The notes below the pieces were generated by a model. It made no database searches. It was given only the letters and a program-made list of their open reading frames with translations, and was not told where the DNA came from. Position numbers and translations under genes: made by a program. From Candidatus Woesearchaeota archaeon (GTDB lineage: Archaea > Nanobdellota > Nanobdellia > Pacearchaeales > GW2011-AR1): DNA of 64,000 bases. The stretch spans positions 21,543 to 85,542 of the forward strand of contig CAYXNP010000003.1 of NCBI GenBank assembly GCA_964466575.1. Direction: 5' to 3'. Below, piece after piece: positions 34,175 to 43,575 of this stretch (its first letter is position 1; every line of letters starts with the position of its first letter).

Positions 34175-35110
34175 TTATTTTTCTTTTCTCTTATTTTTAT
34201 TTTCAATTTCTTTGATTTTCAATTTGTCTTCTAATTGAAGTTTGTCAATTAGTTCTTTGTAACGATTTCTAATTGTTACTTCTGTGATTCCTGCAATGTC
34301 TGCTACTTCACGCTGCGTCTTTTTTTCGTCATTCATTAGCGCAGCGACGTAAAGTGCGGCTGCTGCGATTCCTGCAGGGCCTCTTCCACTTGTTAGTTCA
34401 ACATCTTCTGCTCTTTTTAAAACTTTGAGAGCATCGTTTTGAGTTTTAGGAGAAAGTTTTAGAACTGAACTGAAACGCGAGATGTAATCTTTTGGAGAAG
34501 ATTGTTTTACAGTTATTCCAAGTTTTCTTATTATGAATCTGTAAGTTCTTCCGATTTCTTTTCTTTCGACGTCGGAAGCAGTTGCCATTTCGTCTAATGT
34601 TCTTGGAATATTATAACTTCGACAAGCCGCATATAAACACGCTGCGATAACTGATTCCATACTTCTGCCACGAACTAGCCCTCTTTGAAGAACGTAATTG
34701 TAAATTCTTGAAGCTTCATCACGAACAACATTTGGAAGATTTAGATAAGAGGCGATTACTCTTAATTCTGCCATTGCTAGTCTTAGATTTCTTTCAATAG
34801 ATGTAGAAACTCTTTCCTGCCATTTTTTTAATCTTAGAAATTTACGGGTTTGGCCAGGTTCTAATTTGTATATATCTGAAATTTCTCCAACATTTGTTAT
34901 AAGTCCTTTGTCAAATTTTTGGATTGACATTGGTGCTCCACCACGGCCTTTTTTTTCTGATTTGTCGAATTTTCCTTGGGGGTCTTGACCTGTGTCCACC
35001 ATTTTTTCTTCCACGACTAGACCACAATCATTACATATTACTTCACCATGATGTTCGTCATAAGTAAGATGTATACTTCCACATTCAGGACATTTTCGTA
35101 TAAAAGCCAT
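34175..35110 (-). CDS. tfb: transcription initiation factor IIB (TFB)
   Basis: N-terminal zinc ribbon CPECGS..VICNDCGLVV, two cyclin-fold repeats, and ..ITEVTIRNRYKEL. Confidence 0.95.
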   Translation of the reverse strand: MAFIRKCPECGSIHLTYDEHHGEVICNDCGLVVEEKMVDTGQDPQGKFDKSEKKGRGGAPMSIQKFDKGLITNVGEISDIYKLEPGQTRKFLRLKKWQERVSTSIERNLRLAMAELRVIASYLNLPNVVRDEASRIYNYVLQRGLVRGRSMESVIAACLYAACRSYNIPRTLDEMATASDVERKEIGRTYRFIIRKLGITVKQSSPKDYISRFSSVLKLSPKTQNDALKVLKRAEDVELTSGRGPAGIAAAALYVAALMNDEKKTQREVADIAGITEVTIRNRYKELIDKLQLEDKLKIKEIENKNKRKEK

Positions 35111-35256
35111 TTTAATTTAGATTTATTTTTACAACTACAAAGTTTAACACAATGGTTTATAAAGTTTTTGTATATATAAACCTTTAGGTTTTTTACGAGG
35201 AGAAATTAAGATTTACTAAAGATAAGGGGTGAAAATGTTAGAAAGTTAATAGAAAA

Positions 35257-35535
35257 TTAATAACCTATGTTTCTTTGAACAATTTTGTAAAATTGTACTG
35301 GAAAGTGTGCAATCATTACACTTCCACTTGGAGGTATATCATTCCCTCTTGAATATGCATCAGCATCTTCAGGTTTTTTCTTTCTTACTTCTTCATTCCA
35401 ATCAGAACCATTTCCTATTGCCAATGAAATTATTCTTGGCATATCTCTTTGTTCAACTTTGATTCTTTTCTTTGTTGATTTTTCAAATGCATCTCCTTCA
35501 GGAGAGACAATAATTTCTTCTAACCCTTCAATCAT
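35257..35535 (-). CDS. hypothetical protein
   Basis: ORF only. Confidence 0.4.
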   Translation of the reverse strand: MIEGLEEIIVSPEGDAFEKSTKKRIKVEQRDMPRIISLAIGNGSDWNEEVRKKKPEDADAYSRGNDIPPSGSVMIAHFPVQFYKIVQRNIGY

Positions 35536-35579
35536 AAAAATATAATTTATTTAAGCTTTTTAAGAATTATTATACTTAA

Positions 35580-35948
35580 TCACTCAATCAAAACACCGTT
35601 AATATTTCCTTCTTGCGTAGGACGATTAGTTATTCTAACTTTTCCCAGTTCTGTTTGAACTATTGCGCCTTTTGTCAAGATATTTTGTCTTGCTAGGAAA
35701 CGATTACTTGGAGTTTCTGTTACATTCTTAATTTCTGTTTTTTTAACTGATGTAGATTTGGAATCGCGGACATTAATTGTTTTTCCCGATAAAAGAACGA
35801 TTTTTTCAGTTTTTCCAAGTCCAGTAAGTTTTTTTCTTTTGTCGTTACCAAGTTTTATAATTCTGGCTTGGCCAGCTCGCTCATATGATTTTTTCTTTCG
35901 CATCTTTGAGGAGTATTTTCCACCTGAAATTTTTCTTCCGAGTTTCAT
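35580..35948 (-). CDS. rps8e: 30S ribosomal protein S8e (eS8)
   Basis: MKLGRKISGGKY.., ..ETPSNRFLARQNILTKGAIVQTELGKVRITNRPTQEGNINGVLI. The start is moved to the internal ATG at 35948. Confidence 0.85.
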   Translation of the reverse strand: MKLGRKISGGKYSSKMRKKKSYERAGQARIIKLGNDKRKKLTGLGKTEKIVLLSGKTINVRDSKSTSVKKTEIKNVTETPSNRFLARQNILTKGAIVQTELGKVRITNRPTQEGNINGVLIE

Positions 35949-36024
35949 ATTTGAAAAGATTGAAAATGGTTTATATAGGTTTTGGTTACAACAATTATTA
36001 TAAAACCAAGAGGAATAAAATTTC

Positions 36025-36231
36025 ATGCCAAGATATCAGATTAGAGTTACTAATGCCAAGGAAGAAGTTGAAAAAAGATTTCCAGTTTTTATAAGAGAAT
36101 ATTCTGTTGCAGTTATTGAAAGTAGTGCTATGCCGACGTATTTGACTTTTTATAGTGAGGATTTAAATGAGGATGAAATTCGTGAGAGGTTGAGTGGTTT
36201 GGAAATTCTTTCTGTTAAGGAAGCAAATTGA
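36025..36231 (+). CDS. hypothetical small protein
   Basis: ORF only. Confidence 0.35.
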   Translation: MPRYQIRVTNAKEEVEKRFPVFIREYSVAVIESSAMPTYLTFYSEDLNEDEIRERLSGLEILSVKEAN

Positions 36232-36260
36232 TTCTTAGAAAAGTTTAAAAGTTATGTTTT

Positions 36261-36683
36261 GTGAAAAATTTAATGGAATTTAATGAATGGTTTAAGGTAA
36301 ATGATTTAGCTTATATGTTTGGTGAAGGTCCGAGGGGAACGACTTATGCTTATGTTAGAGGTAACTTTAAATCATTATCTAATTTTATATATGAATTGAG
36401 CAGAACTTATTGTGTTGCTTTTGCTAATCTTGATAAGTTAGATTATGATGAAAAATTAAGAGAGGTGCTTGAAACAGGGGAGGATAAACATATTGAGCCG
36501 ATTATTACTTTCTCAAATGATCGGATAAGATTAATTAGAAGATTAGATGATGTTCACTTGCCGCCGCAGGGAGGACCTTATTGGGGAAGTGAAAATCATT
36601 TAGAGATTTGGCATCATGAACAGTGTGGTGGAGATTCTCGGGAAGAAATGATTCAGAAAGTTTTGACTGCTGTTAACAAATAA
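36261..36683 (+). CDS. hypothetical protein
   Basis: ORF only; composition rich in W/H/G/R. Confidence 0.45.
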   Translation: MKNLMEFNEWFKVNDLAYMFGEGPRGTTYAYVRGNFKSLSNFIYELSRTYCVAFANLDKLDYDEKLREVLETGEDKHIEPIITFSNDRIRLIRRLDDVHLPPQGGPYWGSENHLEIWHHEQCGGDSREEMIQKVLTAVNK

Positions 36684-36724
36684 TTTTTGCAAAAGTTTAA
36701 AAACTAAATATATTACAGGACTTT

Positions 36725-36976
36725 ATGGTAAACGGAATTGAAAGACCTTTGGATTTGTTGAACAACTCTAAGGGTAAAGAAGTGTTAGTGCATTTGAAAG
36801 GTGACAAGCAGTTTGTTGGCACTCTGCTGGCTTTTGACATCCACATCAACTTGGTGTTGGATAACACTAAGGAAATGCAAAACAATGAAATGAAGAGAAA
36901 TATAGGATTGACTTTTTTAAGAGGCGATACAATTATCTTTATTTCACCAGCTTCTACTTCATCTAAGAAAGAGTAA
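36725..36976 (+). CDS. Sm-like (LSm/SmAP) protein
   Basis: Sm1 motif: PLDLLNNSKGKEVLVHLKGDKQFVGTLLAFDIHINLVLDN. Sm2 motif: FLRGDTIIFISP. Confidence 0.85.
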   Translation: MVNGIERPLDLLNNSKGKEVLVHLKGDKQFVGTLLAFDIHINLVLDNTKEMQNNEMKRNIGLTFLRGDTIIFISPASTSSKKE

Positions 36977-37088
36977 ATTGACTTCTATTTTATTTTAGAA
37001 TGTTACATGTAATTGGAATTGTTGAGAAGAATGGATCATATGTGAAATTGATAAGAAGATATTTAAACTAAGATTTTTACATTTTTTA

Positions 37089-37373
37089 ATGGAAGCTCAA
37101 TTTCATGATGAAAATAAAAGAAGAAGTCTTCACGACGTAGTTAGAGACGAAGTTGAAGAGATTGATGCAGCTGAAAGAGTTGTATTCAAATATGCTTTTC
37201 CTTCTGAGATATATGAAGAGGATAATGGGTTGGCAGCATATATTGCATTATCTTTTGTTGAGATACCTTTTAAAGTTTTTCAAGTTGGAAAGAATTTATA
37301 TTATCATACAAGAGGATTAGAACATCGACACGAATCTAGCAGAGAGCATTTTTCAGCTATTGGAGATTTTTAA
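37089..37373 (+). CDS. hypothetical protein
   Basis: ORF only. Confidence 0.35.
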   Translation: MEAQFHDENKRRSLHDVVRDEVEEIDAAERVVFKYAFPSEIYEEDNGLAAYIALSFVEIPFKVFQVGKNLYYHTRGLEHRHESSREHFSAIGDF

Positions 37374-37421
37374 TTTATCTGTTTACAAGTTTGTAGATTA
37401 ATAAAAGATAGTTATGAGATT

Positions 37422-37757
37422 TTATAATGGTATGTAATATGGAGAGCCGTGTAATTTTGGTTCTTCTTCGCATTTTGGACAATAAGGAACTTCTTCATTT
37501 TTTACATTTCCTGTTCCAGCCCCATGCATTCCTTTAATCCATTCAGAATGGGCTATTCTTCCAGCCATCACTTTAGAACCACATTGAACACATTGCCATC
37601 CATCTTCATTTTTTTTGTAAATAATTTCTTTACCTTTTTTACGTCGGTATGTTATTCCATCTTCTTCAGCTTGTTCTATTTGGACATCATACCAATCAGG
37701 TAGTTGAATAGGATTAAATTCTAATGATTTAACTAACTGAGAATTTTCTTCTGTCAT
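37422..37757 (-). CDS. hypothetical zinc-ribbon protein
   Basis: CVQCGS...CPKCEE. Confidence 0.45.
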   Translation of the reverse strand: MTEENSQLVKSLEFNPIQLPDWYDVQIEQAEEDGITYRRKKGKEIIYKKNEDGWQCVQCGSKVMAGRIAHSEWIKGMHGAGTGNVKNEEVPYCPKCEEEPKLHGSPYYIPL

Positions 37758-37848
37758 TTTGTTAGAAGAGTATTTTATTTTAAAAATATTTATGTATTGG
37801 AATACCTTCTTTCCAAACTTATAAAAACCATTTCTTCTTCTATAATCG

Positions 37849-38139
37849 ATGGATTTTGTTTTTGAAATTATTGATAAAACAGGGAGAGAAATTAGATTAA
37901 TATCAAGGCAGTGGAAACATATATTGGATCATGGGGATGTGGATGTTGAAGATTTAGAAAATGTTAAGGGTGCTTTGACAAGTCCTTCAAGTTTGTTAAT
38001 GCAAAATTTAGATGAAAATAAAGGCAATTACTATTTATACAAAAAAGAAAAGAGAAAATATTTAATGATTGTCGTTAAGTATTTAAATGGAAATGGTTTT
38101 GTCATAACAGCATTTTATGTTAAAAATGTGAAAAAATGA
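37849..38139 (+). CDS. putative toxin-like partner of the DUF2283 protein
   Basis: 4-nt overlap with the downstream DUF2283-like gene, with small size and a layout reminiscent of DUF4258/DUF2283 pairs. Sequence assignment is weak. Confidence 0.3.
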   Translation: MDFVFEIIDKTGREIRLISRQWKHILDHGDVDVEDLENVKGALTSPSSLLMQNLDENKGNYYLYKKEKRKYLMIVVKYLNGNGFVITAFYVKNVKK

Positions 38140-38372
38140 AAAGCAATGTTGAATTTTTTTATGATCCTGAAACAGACCTTTTGGAGATTTTTGTAGGAAA
38201 TCCTATATCACCACCGATTTACGAAGAGATTGCTCCAGATATATTTGAAGGAAGAGATGAAAAAACCGGAGAATTAAAAGGGTATAAGATATTTAATTTA
38301 ACAAAGCAAAAATCATTAAAGAATGTTAAAGTTTCTTTGCCTATTGATGTCAATGCGTTGTCTGGTTCTTGA
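38136..38372 (+). CDS. DUF2283-like protein
   Basis: FYDPETDLLEIFVG...GELKGYKIFNL pattern. Confidence 0.55.
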   Translation: MKSNVEFFYDPETDLLEIFVGNPISPPIYEEIAPDIFEGRDEKTGELKGYKIFNLTKQKSLKNVKVSLPIDVNALSGS

Positions 38373-38561
38373 TTCGAAGAGTTTATGATAGCAGATACTC
38401 TCTCGCAAGCACAGATTAATATTGGCTTCGAAGCCGACTTCGTCAGGCTTCTCCGCGACGACGAGGATAATGTAGAAAATTCTTTAATCATTGGTTCAAT
38501 AAAAAGTGGATGGTATCATTGACTTAGTTAATTTCTTAAAGTCTTGTTTCTTATTCATTTT

Positions 38562-39470
38562 ATGACATCGAGAATTAAATTAACTTTTTTAGGAACGTCG
38601 GACAGCATTCCTACTGCGAAGAGGAATCATCCATCGATATTATTGGATTTTGACGGCGAGCATATGCTTTTTGATTGTGGCGAGGGAACACAGAGGCAGT
38701 TTAGAAAAGCTGAAAGAAATCCTGGTTGTGTTTCGCGGATTTTTATTAGCCACTGGCATGGTGATCATATTCTTGGTTTGCCTGGATTGCTGCAGACTTT
38801 AAGTTTGACAGGACATGAAAAAAATATTCAGATTTATGGGCCGAAAAACACAAAGTATTTTATGAAAAAGATTTTCGAGACATTTGTTTTCGTTGACAAA
38901 TTTCCATTAGAAGTTCATGAAATAGATAAGAAAGGAATTGTTGTTGACGAGAAAGATTTTTATGTTGAAGCAGAGAAAATGGATCATGGCACGCCGACGT
39001 TAGCTTACAAGTTTGTTAAGAAAGGACATTTGAGAATTGATAAGGCAAAGTTAAAGAAAGCGAAAATTCCTAATGGAAAACATTTGAGTGATTTGAAAAA
39101 TGGCAAGGACATAAAAGTTAATGGAAAAATTTACAAAGCAAAAGATTTTACATACGGAGATAAAGATGTTGCTGCTGCGATTGTTATGGACACTAAGTTG
39201 AATGATAAAATTGTGCCTTTCGTAAAGAATTCTGATTTGTTAATTATAGAGTCTTCTTTTTCAGATGAGTTGAAAGATAAAGCATCTAAGCATTTGCATT
39301 TGACTTCGAAACAAGTTGGAGAGATTGCGAAGAAAGCGAATGTTAAGAAATTAATTCTTACACATATTTCAATGAGGTATGAAAATAATATGGATGTTAT
39401 CTTGAATGAAACTAAGAAAGTTTTTAAGAATTCTCATTTGGTTAAGGATTTGGAGAGTGTCGAGGTGTGA
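38562..39470 (+). CDS. rnz: ribonuclease Z (tRNA 3' endonuclease, metallo-beta-lactamase)
   Basis: KLTFLGTSDSIPT, ISHWHGDHILGLPGLL and LTHIS. The start is moved to ATG 38562. Confidence 0.85.
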   Translation: MTSRIKLTFLGTSDSIPTAKRNHPSILLDFDGEHMLFDCGEGTQRQFRKAERNPGCVSRIFISHWHGDHILGLPGLLQTLSLTGHEKNIQIYGPKNTKYFMKKIFETFVFVDKFPLEVHEIDKKGIVVDEKDFYVEAEKMDHGTPTLAYKFVKKGHLRIDKAKLKKAKIPNGKHLSDLKNGKDIKVNGKIYKAKDFTYGDKDVAAAIVMDTKLNDKIVPFVKNSDLLIIESSFSDELKDKASKHLHLTSKQVGEIAKKANVKKLILTHISMRYENNMDVILNETKKVFKNSHLVKDLESVEV

Positions 39471-39591
39471 GAAAATAGCTGCTCGTAAATTCGCAGATTA
39501 ATATTATGTTAATTCTAAAACCAGATAAATTTAGTTATAATTAATTAATTCACGAGCTTGCGAGTGGTATTTAAAAAAAGCGGAGACCGGG

Positions 39592-39678
39592 AAAGTTTGT
39601 TGTCCTACTTACATCAGGGGCGATTTGGAAGATTAGTGAAACAACTCGTCGAACCCGTCGGGTTCTCGTCCTGTATAG
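39592..39678. repeat. 87-bp insertion bounded by an 18-bp duplication of the tRNA-Cys 3' end (AAAAAGCGGAGACCGGGA at 39574-39591 and 39679-39696)
   Basis: The direct repeat was read directly. The insert contains the CGACGGGTTCGACGAG-type inverted motif. Confidence 0.75.
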
Positions 39679-39682
39679 AAAA

Positions 39683-39823
39683 AGCGGAGACCGGGACTCG
39701 AACCCGGGAAAATCTGCTAACTGCAATCAGCCTTGAGCCTATTTCTAGGGAGAGACTGTGAAGGAGAACCGTTAGGTTCTTCTCATCTGCAGGCAGACGC
39801 AGTAGCCGCTGTGCCATCTCCGC
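39683..39823 (-). tRNA. tRNA-Cys (anticodon GCA) with a 68-nt intron (39719-39786) at 37/38
   Basis: Acceptor GCGGAGA/TCTCCGC, T-arm CCGGG-TTCGAGT-CCCGG. The anticodon stem TCTGC/GCAGA is separated by the intron. Confidence 0.75.
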
Positions 39824-39841
39824 ATATTTCTGTTTTGTTCA

Positions 39842-39959
39842 TGGCCCGGACAGGATTTGAACCTGCGACCCCCTGCTCTCTCCAGCTTTCTCTCCGAGGT
39901 CTCTTTTCTAAAGAGAGCTCTAGAAGGCAGGTGCTCTATCCAGGCTGAGCTACCGGACC
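39842..39959 (-). tRNA. tRNA-Arg (anticodon TCT) with a 43-nt intron (39878-39920) at 37/38
   Basis: Acceptor GGTCCGG/CCGGGCC, D-arm GCTC..GAGC, T-arm GCAGG-TTCAAAT-CCTGT. The anticodon stem CCTGC/GCAGG is split by the intron. Confidence 0.8.
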
Positions 39960-40040
39960 ATATTAGAGTTAAGAAATAATTGTATTTAAAATGTTTCTGT
40001 TTACCATAATTCTTTTAAAGTCACTTTATTAGACAAAATC

Positions 40041-41120
40041 ATGCCAATTGATTTACGAACACGAAAATTAGCGCAGGTTGCAGTAAGACATTCTGTATTT
40101 GTAAAACCTGGAGAAAAAGTTATTGTTTCAGGAAATAGCGAAGCAATTCCTTTTCTTGTTGAATTGTATAAGGAAATAATCTTGCAAAAAGCTCATCCGA
40201 TTGTTCGAGTTCATCTTCCAAATGTAAGTGATTTTTTTTATAAATATGCGAATGACGCGCAGATAAATAGATTTCCAGATGAATGGATGGAAACTGTAAA
40301 AAAAGCAGATAAATATATTGGAGTTATTTCCGGCAGTAATACCCGAGAGTTGACAAATGCAAATCCAAAAAAAGTCACTAAGAGGCAAAGTTTGCTGCAT
40401 CCTATTTCTAATTATATATGCAATGAAAAAGATAAAATAAGAAGATGCACAATTGCAAATCCTCTTTCGGAATTTTTAGCACAAGATGCAGAGATGTCTT
40501 TAACAGAATACGAAAATTTTGTTTATCAAGCTTGTTTGCAAGACTGGAAAAAATTAGGAAAACGATTTGACAAAATTTCTAAAACTTTTGAAAAAGGAAA
40601 TAATGTTCATTTAATTGGAGAAGGTATTGATTTGAAATTTTCAATTAAAGGGAAAAATTGCGTTGCTGATAATGGAAATGACAATATGCCTGGTGGAGAG
40701 GTTTTCATGGCGCCGGTTAAAGAGAGTTTAAATGGCTGGATTAAGTTTGATTATCCTGCAATTGAAAATGGAAAAGAAGTTACAGATATTGAATTAAAGT
40801 TTGAAAATGGAAAAGTTGTCGATGCCAAAGCTTCGAAGAATGAGGATTTTTTGAAAGAGATGCTTGCGACAGATGAGAATGCTTCTTATGTCGGCGAATT
40901 TGGGGTTGGCTGCAATCCAAAAATAAATAAATTTACGAAAAATTTGTTGTTTGATGAAAAGATTGGCGGGACAATTCATTTGGCGTTGGGAATGGCGTAC
41001 AAAGAAAATGGCGGTGGAAATGATTCAGCAATTCATTGGGATATTGTTAAGGATATGAGAAAAGCGAAGATAATTTTAGATGGAAAAGTTGTTCAGGAAA
41101 ATGGAAAGTGGAAGATATAG
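40041..41120 (+). CDS. M29-family aminopeptidase (AmpS/PepS-like)
   Basis: NMPGGEVFMAP, YVGEFGVGCNP, GGTIHLALG and IHWDIV motifs. Confidence 0.85.
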   Translation: MPIDLRTRKLAQVAVRHSVFVKPGEKVIVSGNSEAIPFLVELYKEIILQKAHPIVRVHLPNVSDFFYKYANDAQINRFPDEWMETVKKADKYIGVISGSNTRELTNANPKKVTKRQSLLHPISNYICNEKDKIRRCTIANPLSEFLAQDAEMSLTEYENFVYQACLQDWKKLGKRFDKISKTFEKGNNVHLIGEGIDLKFSIKGKNCVADNGNDNMPGGEVFMAPVKESLNGWIKFDYPAIENGKEVTDIELKFENGKVVDAKASKNEDFLKEMLATDENASYVGEFGVGCNPKINKFTKNLLFDEKIGGTIHLALGMAYKENGGGNDSAIHWDIVKDMRKAKIILDGKVVQENGKWKI

Positions 41121-41156
41121 TTTTGCAAAATTCACTTGTGAATTTTGTTAGAGGGA

Positions 41157-41210
41157 AGTGATAATATAGATTCAACTTTGAGCATGATGATAATATTAAT
41201 TTTAGGTTAA
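41157..41210. repeat. family E repeat
   Basis: AGTGATAATATAGATTCAACTTTGAGCATGATGATAAT..TTTAGGTTAA lies just 3' of the aminopeptidase gene. Confidence 0.5.
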
Positions 41211-41235
41211 AGGGGGTGGGGGCTTTCTAAAAGAG

Positions 41236-42003
41236 TTATTTCGCTTTCTTCTTATATCGCCTTTCAATTGCGAGTAGAATCATTGCGCCCAAAACTGCGA
41301 GGACAAAAACGTAAACAAAAAGATTATTTTTTAATGGGGAAAAATTAGATTCTTCATCTGGACGCAATCCGCCAGTAATTCCGGATTGTCGAGAAGTGCT
41401 TTCATCTAAAATTCCTATAACATTCCCTGTCAAAGCTACATTGCTTCGAGATATTTCTGTATCACCATTTCTTATTATTTTTATATCGTAATTGCCGTCA
41501 GGAGCGATTAGTCTGAATGTTAAACTTTTGCCGACGTTTAAATCAATATTTTTGTCGCTTGCTGTGTTGCCAATAATTATTTTTATGTCTTCAACAAATC
41601 TGGTGTTTCCTGTGTTTGTTATTATTAGTTTGTCGCCGTTAAGTTCAAAAGTTGCTGTTTCGCTTTCTTCAATAATGAACTGGGCGGTTGCTTTTGCTTC
41701 TTGGTATGTTGCTGTTATTGTCCAATCCCCTGGAGGAATATTATCGCCTAAGTCAATATCGATAAATTGATTTGAAGCAATTGTTTTCTCGATTTTCTCG
41801 ATTTTTTTTGCGTCTTCAAAAACTAAATTAACTTGGTTATTGAGTGGTTTGTTTTCAGAATCAAACAATGAAACCTTAACATTTATTTTTTCTCCTGGTT
41901 CATATTTTTCCAGAGATGTTTCAATTGAGATTTTTTCTCCTTGAGCTAAGACTAATGGTAATACTAAGATGAATAATAATGCGATTGTTAAGCTCTTTTT
42001 CAT
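41236..42003 (-). CDS. secreted protein with Sec signal and C-terminal TM anchor
   Basis: MKKSLTIALLFILVLPLVLAQG signal and a C-terminal hydrophobic helix followed by RRYKKKAK. Confidence 0.6.
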   Translation of the reverse strand: MKKSLTIALLFILVLPLVLAQGEKISIETSLEKYEPGEKINVKVSLFDSENKPLNNQVNLVFEDAKKIEKIEKTIASNQFIDIDLGDNIPPGDWTITATYQEAKATAQFIIEESETATFELNGDKLIITNTGNTRFVEDIKIIIGNTASDKNIDLNVGKSLTFRLIAPDGNYDIKIIRNGDTEISRSNVALTGNVIGILDESTSRQSGITGGLRPDEESNFSPLKNNLFVYVFVLAVLGAMILLAIERRYKKKAK

Positions 42004-42052
42004 AAAACCTTAAGGGGATTGAGTTATTTAAAGATTTCTTTTTGTTGGCTTT

Positions 42053-42181
42053 GGTGAAACCACTCTTTTTTTGATTTTACTTTGATTTTTTAATTGTCCG
42101 CTAAATTTAGACTTCGTCGAAAACCCACCCTATTTCGACGCTGAATTTCCTAAACAATACTAAAAATCAAAGGGTTTCACC
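42053..42181. mobile_element. MITE-like element, TIR GGTGAAACC..GGTTTCACC, with inner hairpin CGTCGAAA-ACCCACCCTA-TTTCGACG
   Basis: The inverted termini and C-tract loop were read directly. Confidence 0.6.
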
Positions 42182-42257
42182 GAGTCTCTTTTGTTTATTT
42201 TTTATAATTAATTTTATATACTCTTATTTTATTAGTTGAATATTGAAAGGAGGTAAA

Positions 42258-43523
42258 ATGAAAGAATATTTTATTTTATTTTATTTTATTTTTTTGGTAT
42301 TTATTTTAAGTATTTCTTTTATATTCGCTGAAGAAGGAATTGTAGCAAATGATAATTTTGAATCTGGAAACTGGAATGGTGGAGGGGGAGTTATTGGTTG
42401 GAACAGTGGATGGTATCACGCAGGCGATTCTGCAATAAGAAGTGACGGGAATTCTTATGAAGGAAATTATCATTTGCGATTAAGAAAAAATAATGGATAT
42501 GTTGATAGAAGCGCTGATTTATCAAGTATTCAAAATGCAACTTTGTCTTTTTATGCTAAGGTGAATAGCTTTGAAGGAAGCGACTTTGCAGTTTTCTTAG
42601 TGAGTAACAACGGAGTCAATTGGAATACTTTAAAAACATTTACTTTAAGTGATTCAGATAACTCTTACCATTTATATTCTTATGATTTAACCCAATATGG
42701 ATTATCAAGTAATTTCTGGATTGCCGTTGATTCTGAAATGTCTAATACAGGAGATTATCTTTTTATTGATGATATTAGAATAATTTCCGGTAATATTCAA
42801 GAACCACCTACACTAAATATAACTCAATTAACTTGGCATATTCAATATAATCCAACTCCAACTAATCCCTCTGCTGATGTTGATGTCTGGAATTTAGATT
42901 TATTTGATAATAGCAATACAACAATTCAAAATCTAAAAAATCAAGGAGTTTTTGTTATGTGTTATTTTTCTGCTGGTAGCTGGGAAGATTGGCGGGAAGA
43001 TGCTTCATTATTTCCTGAATCATGCAAAGGAAATAGCAATGGCTGGCCAGGAGAAAAATGGATAGACACTAATTGTCCTGAAGTCAGAGAAATTATGAAA
43101 TCAAGAATTGATTTAGGAATAAGCAAAGGGTGTGATGGATTTGACCCAGATAATATGGATGCATATGGAAATAACGGAGGAGGATTTAATTTAACACAAC
43201 AAGATGCAATTAATTACTATCTTTTTTTATCAAATTACACACATAGTCAAGGAAAAAATATTGGATTGAAAAATGCTTTATTAATTATTCCTAATGTTTT
43301 AAATAAAATGGACTGGGCAGTAAATGAACAATGTTTTAGATATAACGAGTGTAATCTTCTTCAGCCAGTTATCAATCAAGGAAAACCTGTTTTTAATGTT
43401 GAATATGGAGGATTATCCAAAGCAAATAAAATTTGTTCTAAAGTAAATGAACTTGGATTTTCTTCACTAATCAAAAAGACATCTTTGGATAGCTTTGAAA
43501 TCGCATGTTCAAGTTACATTTAA
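42258..43523 (+). CDS. secreted GH114-like glycoside hydrolase (endo-alpha-1,4-polygalactosaminidase family) with an N-terminal jelly-roll/CBM-like domain
   Basis: Signal peptide; VWNLDLFD, VMCYFSAGSWEDWR, GCDGFDPDNMDAY, IGLKNA and VFNVEY are collinear with GH114. The start is moved to ATG 42258. Confidence 0.7.
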   Translation: MKEYFILFYFIFLVFILSISFIFAEEGIVANDNFESGNWNGGGGVIGWNSGWYHAGDSAIRSDGNSYEGNYHLRLRKNNGYVDRSADLSSIQNATLSFYAKVNSFEGSDFAVFLVSNNGVNWNTLKTFTLSDSDNSYHLYSYDLTQYGLSSNFWIAVDSEMSNTGDYLFIDDIRIISGNIQEPPTLNITQLTWHIQYNPTPTNPSADVDVWNLDLFDNSNTTIQNLKNQGVFVMCYFSAGSWEDWREDASLFPESCKGNSNGWPGEKWIDTNCPEVREIMKSRIDLGISKGCDGFDPDNMDAYGNNGGGFNLTQQDAINYYLFLSNYTHSQGKNIGLKNALLIIPNVLNKMDWAVNEQCFRYNECNLLQPVINQGKPVFNVEYGGLSKANKICSKVNELGFSSLIKKTSLDSFEIACSSYI

Positions 43524-43575
43524 CTGTATTATTAATTAAAGAAACATTTAAAATTCAAAAAATCTCTATTAGTTT

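Noticed and set aside
39558-39948. Three overlapping 67-71-aa ORFs (39558-39761, 39614-39817, 39733-39948)
   Set aside because: They overlie tRNA-Cys, tRNA-Arg and their introns, so the tRNA interpretation explains the sequence.
41157-41210. Family E repeats as C/D box sRNAs, because of ATGATGA/GTGATAA-like boxes
   Set aside because: No consistently placed D box (CTGA), terminal stem or guide-length spacing could be found in the copies at 21538, 41157 and 61089.
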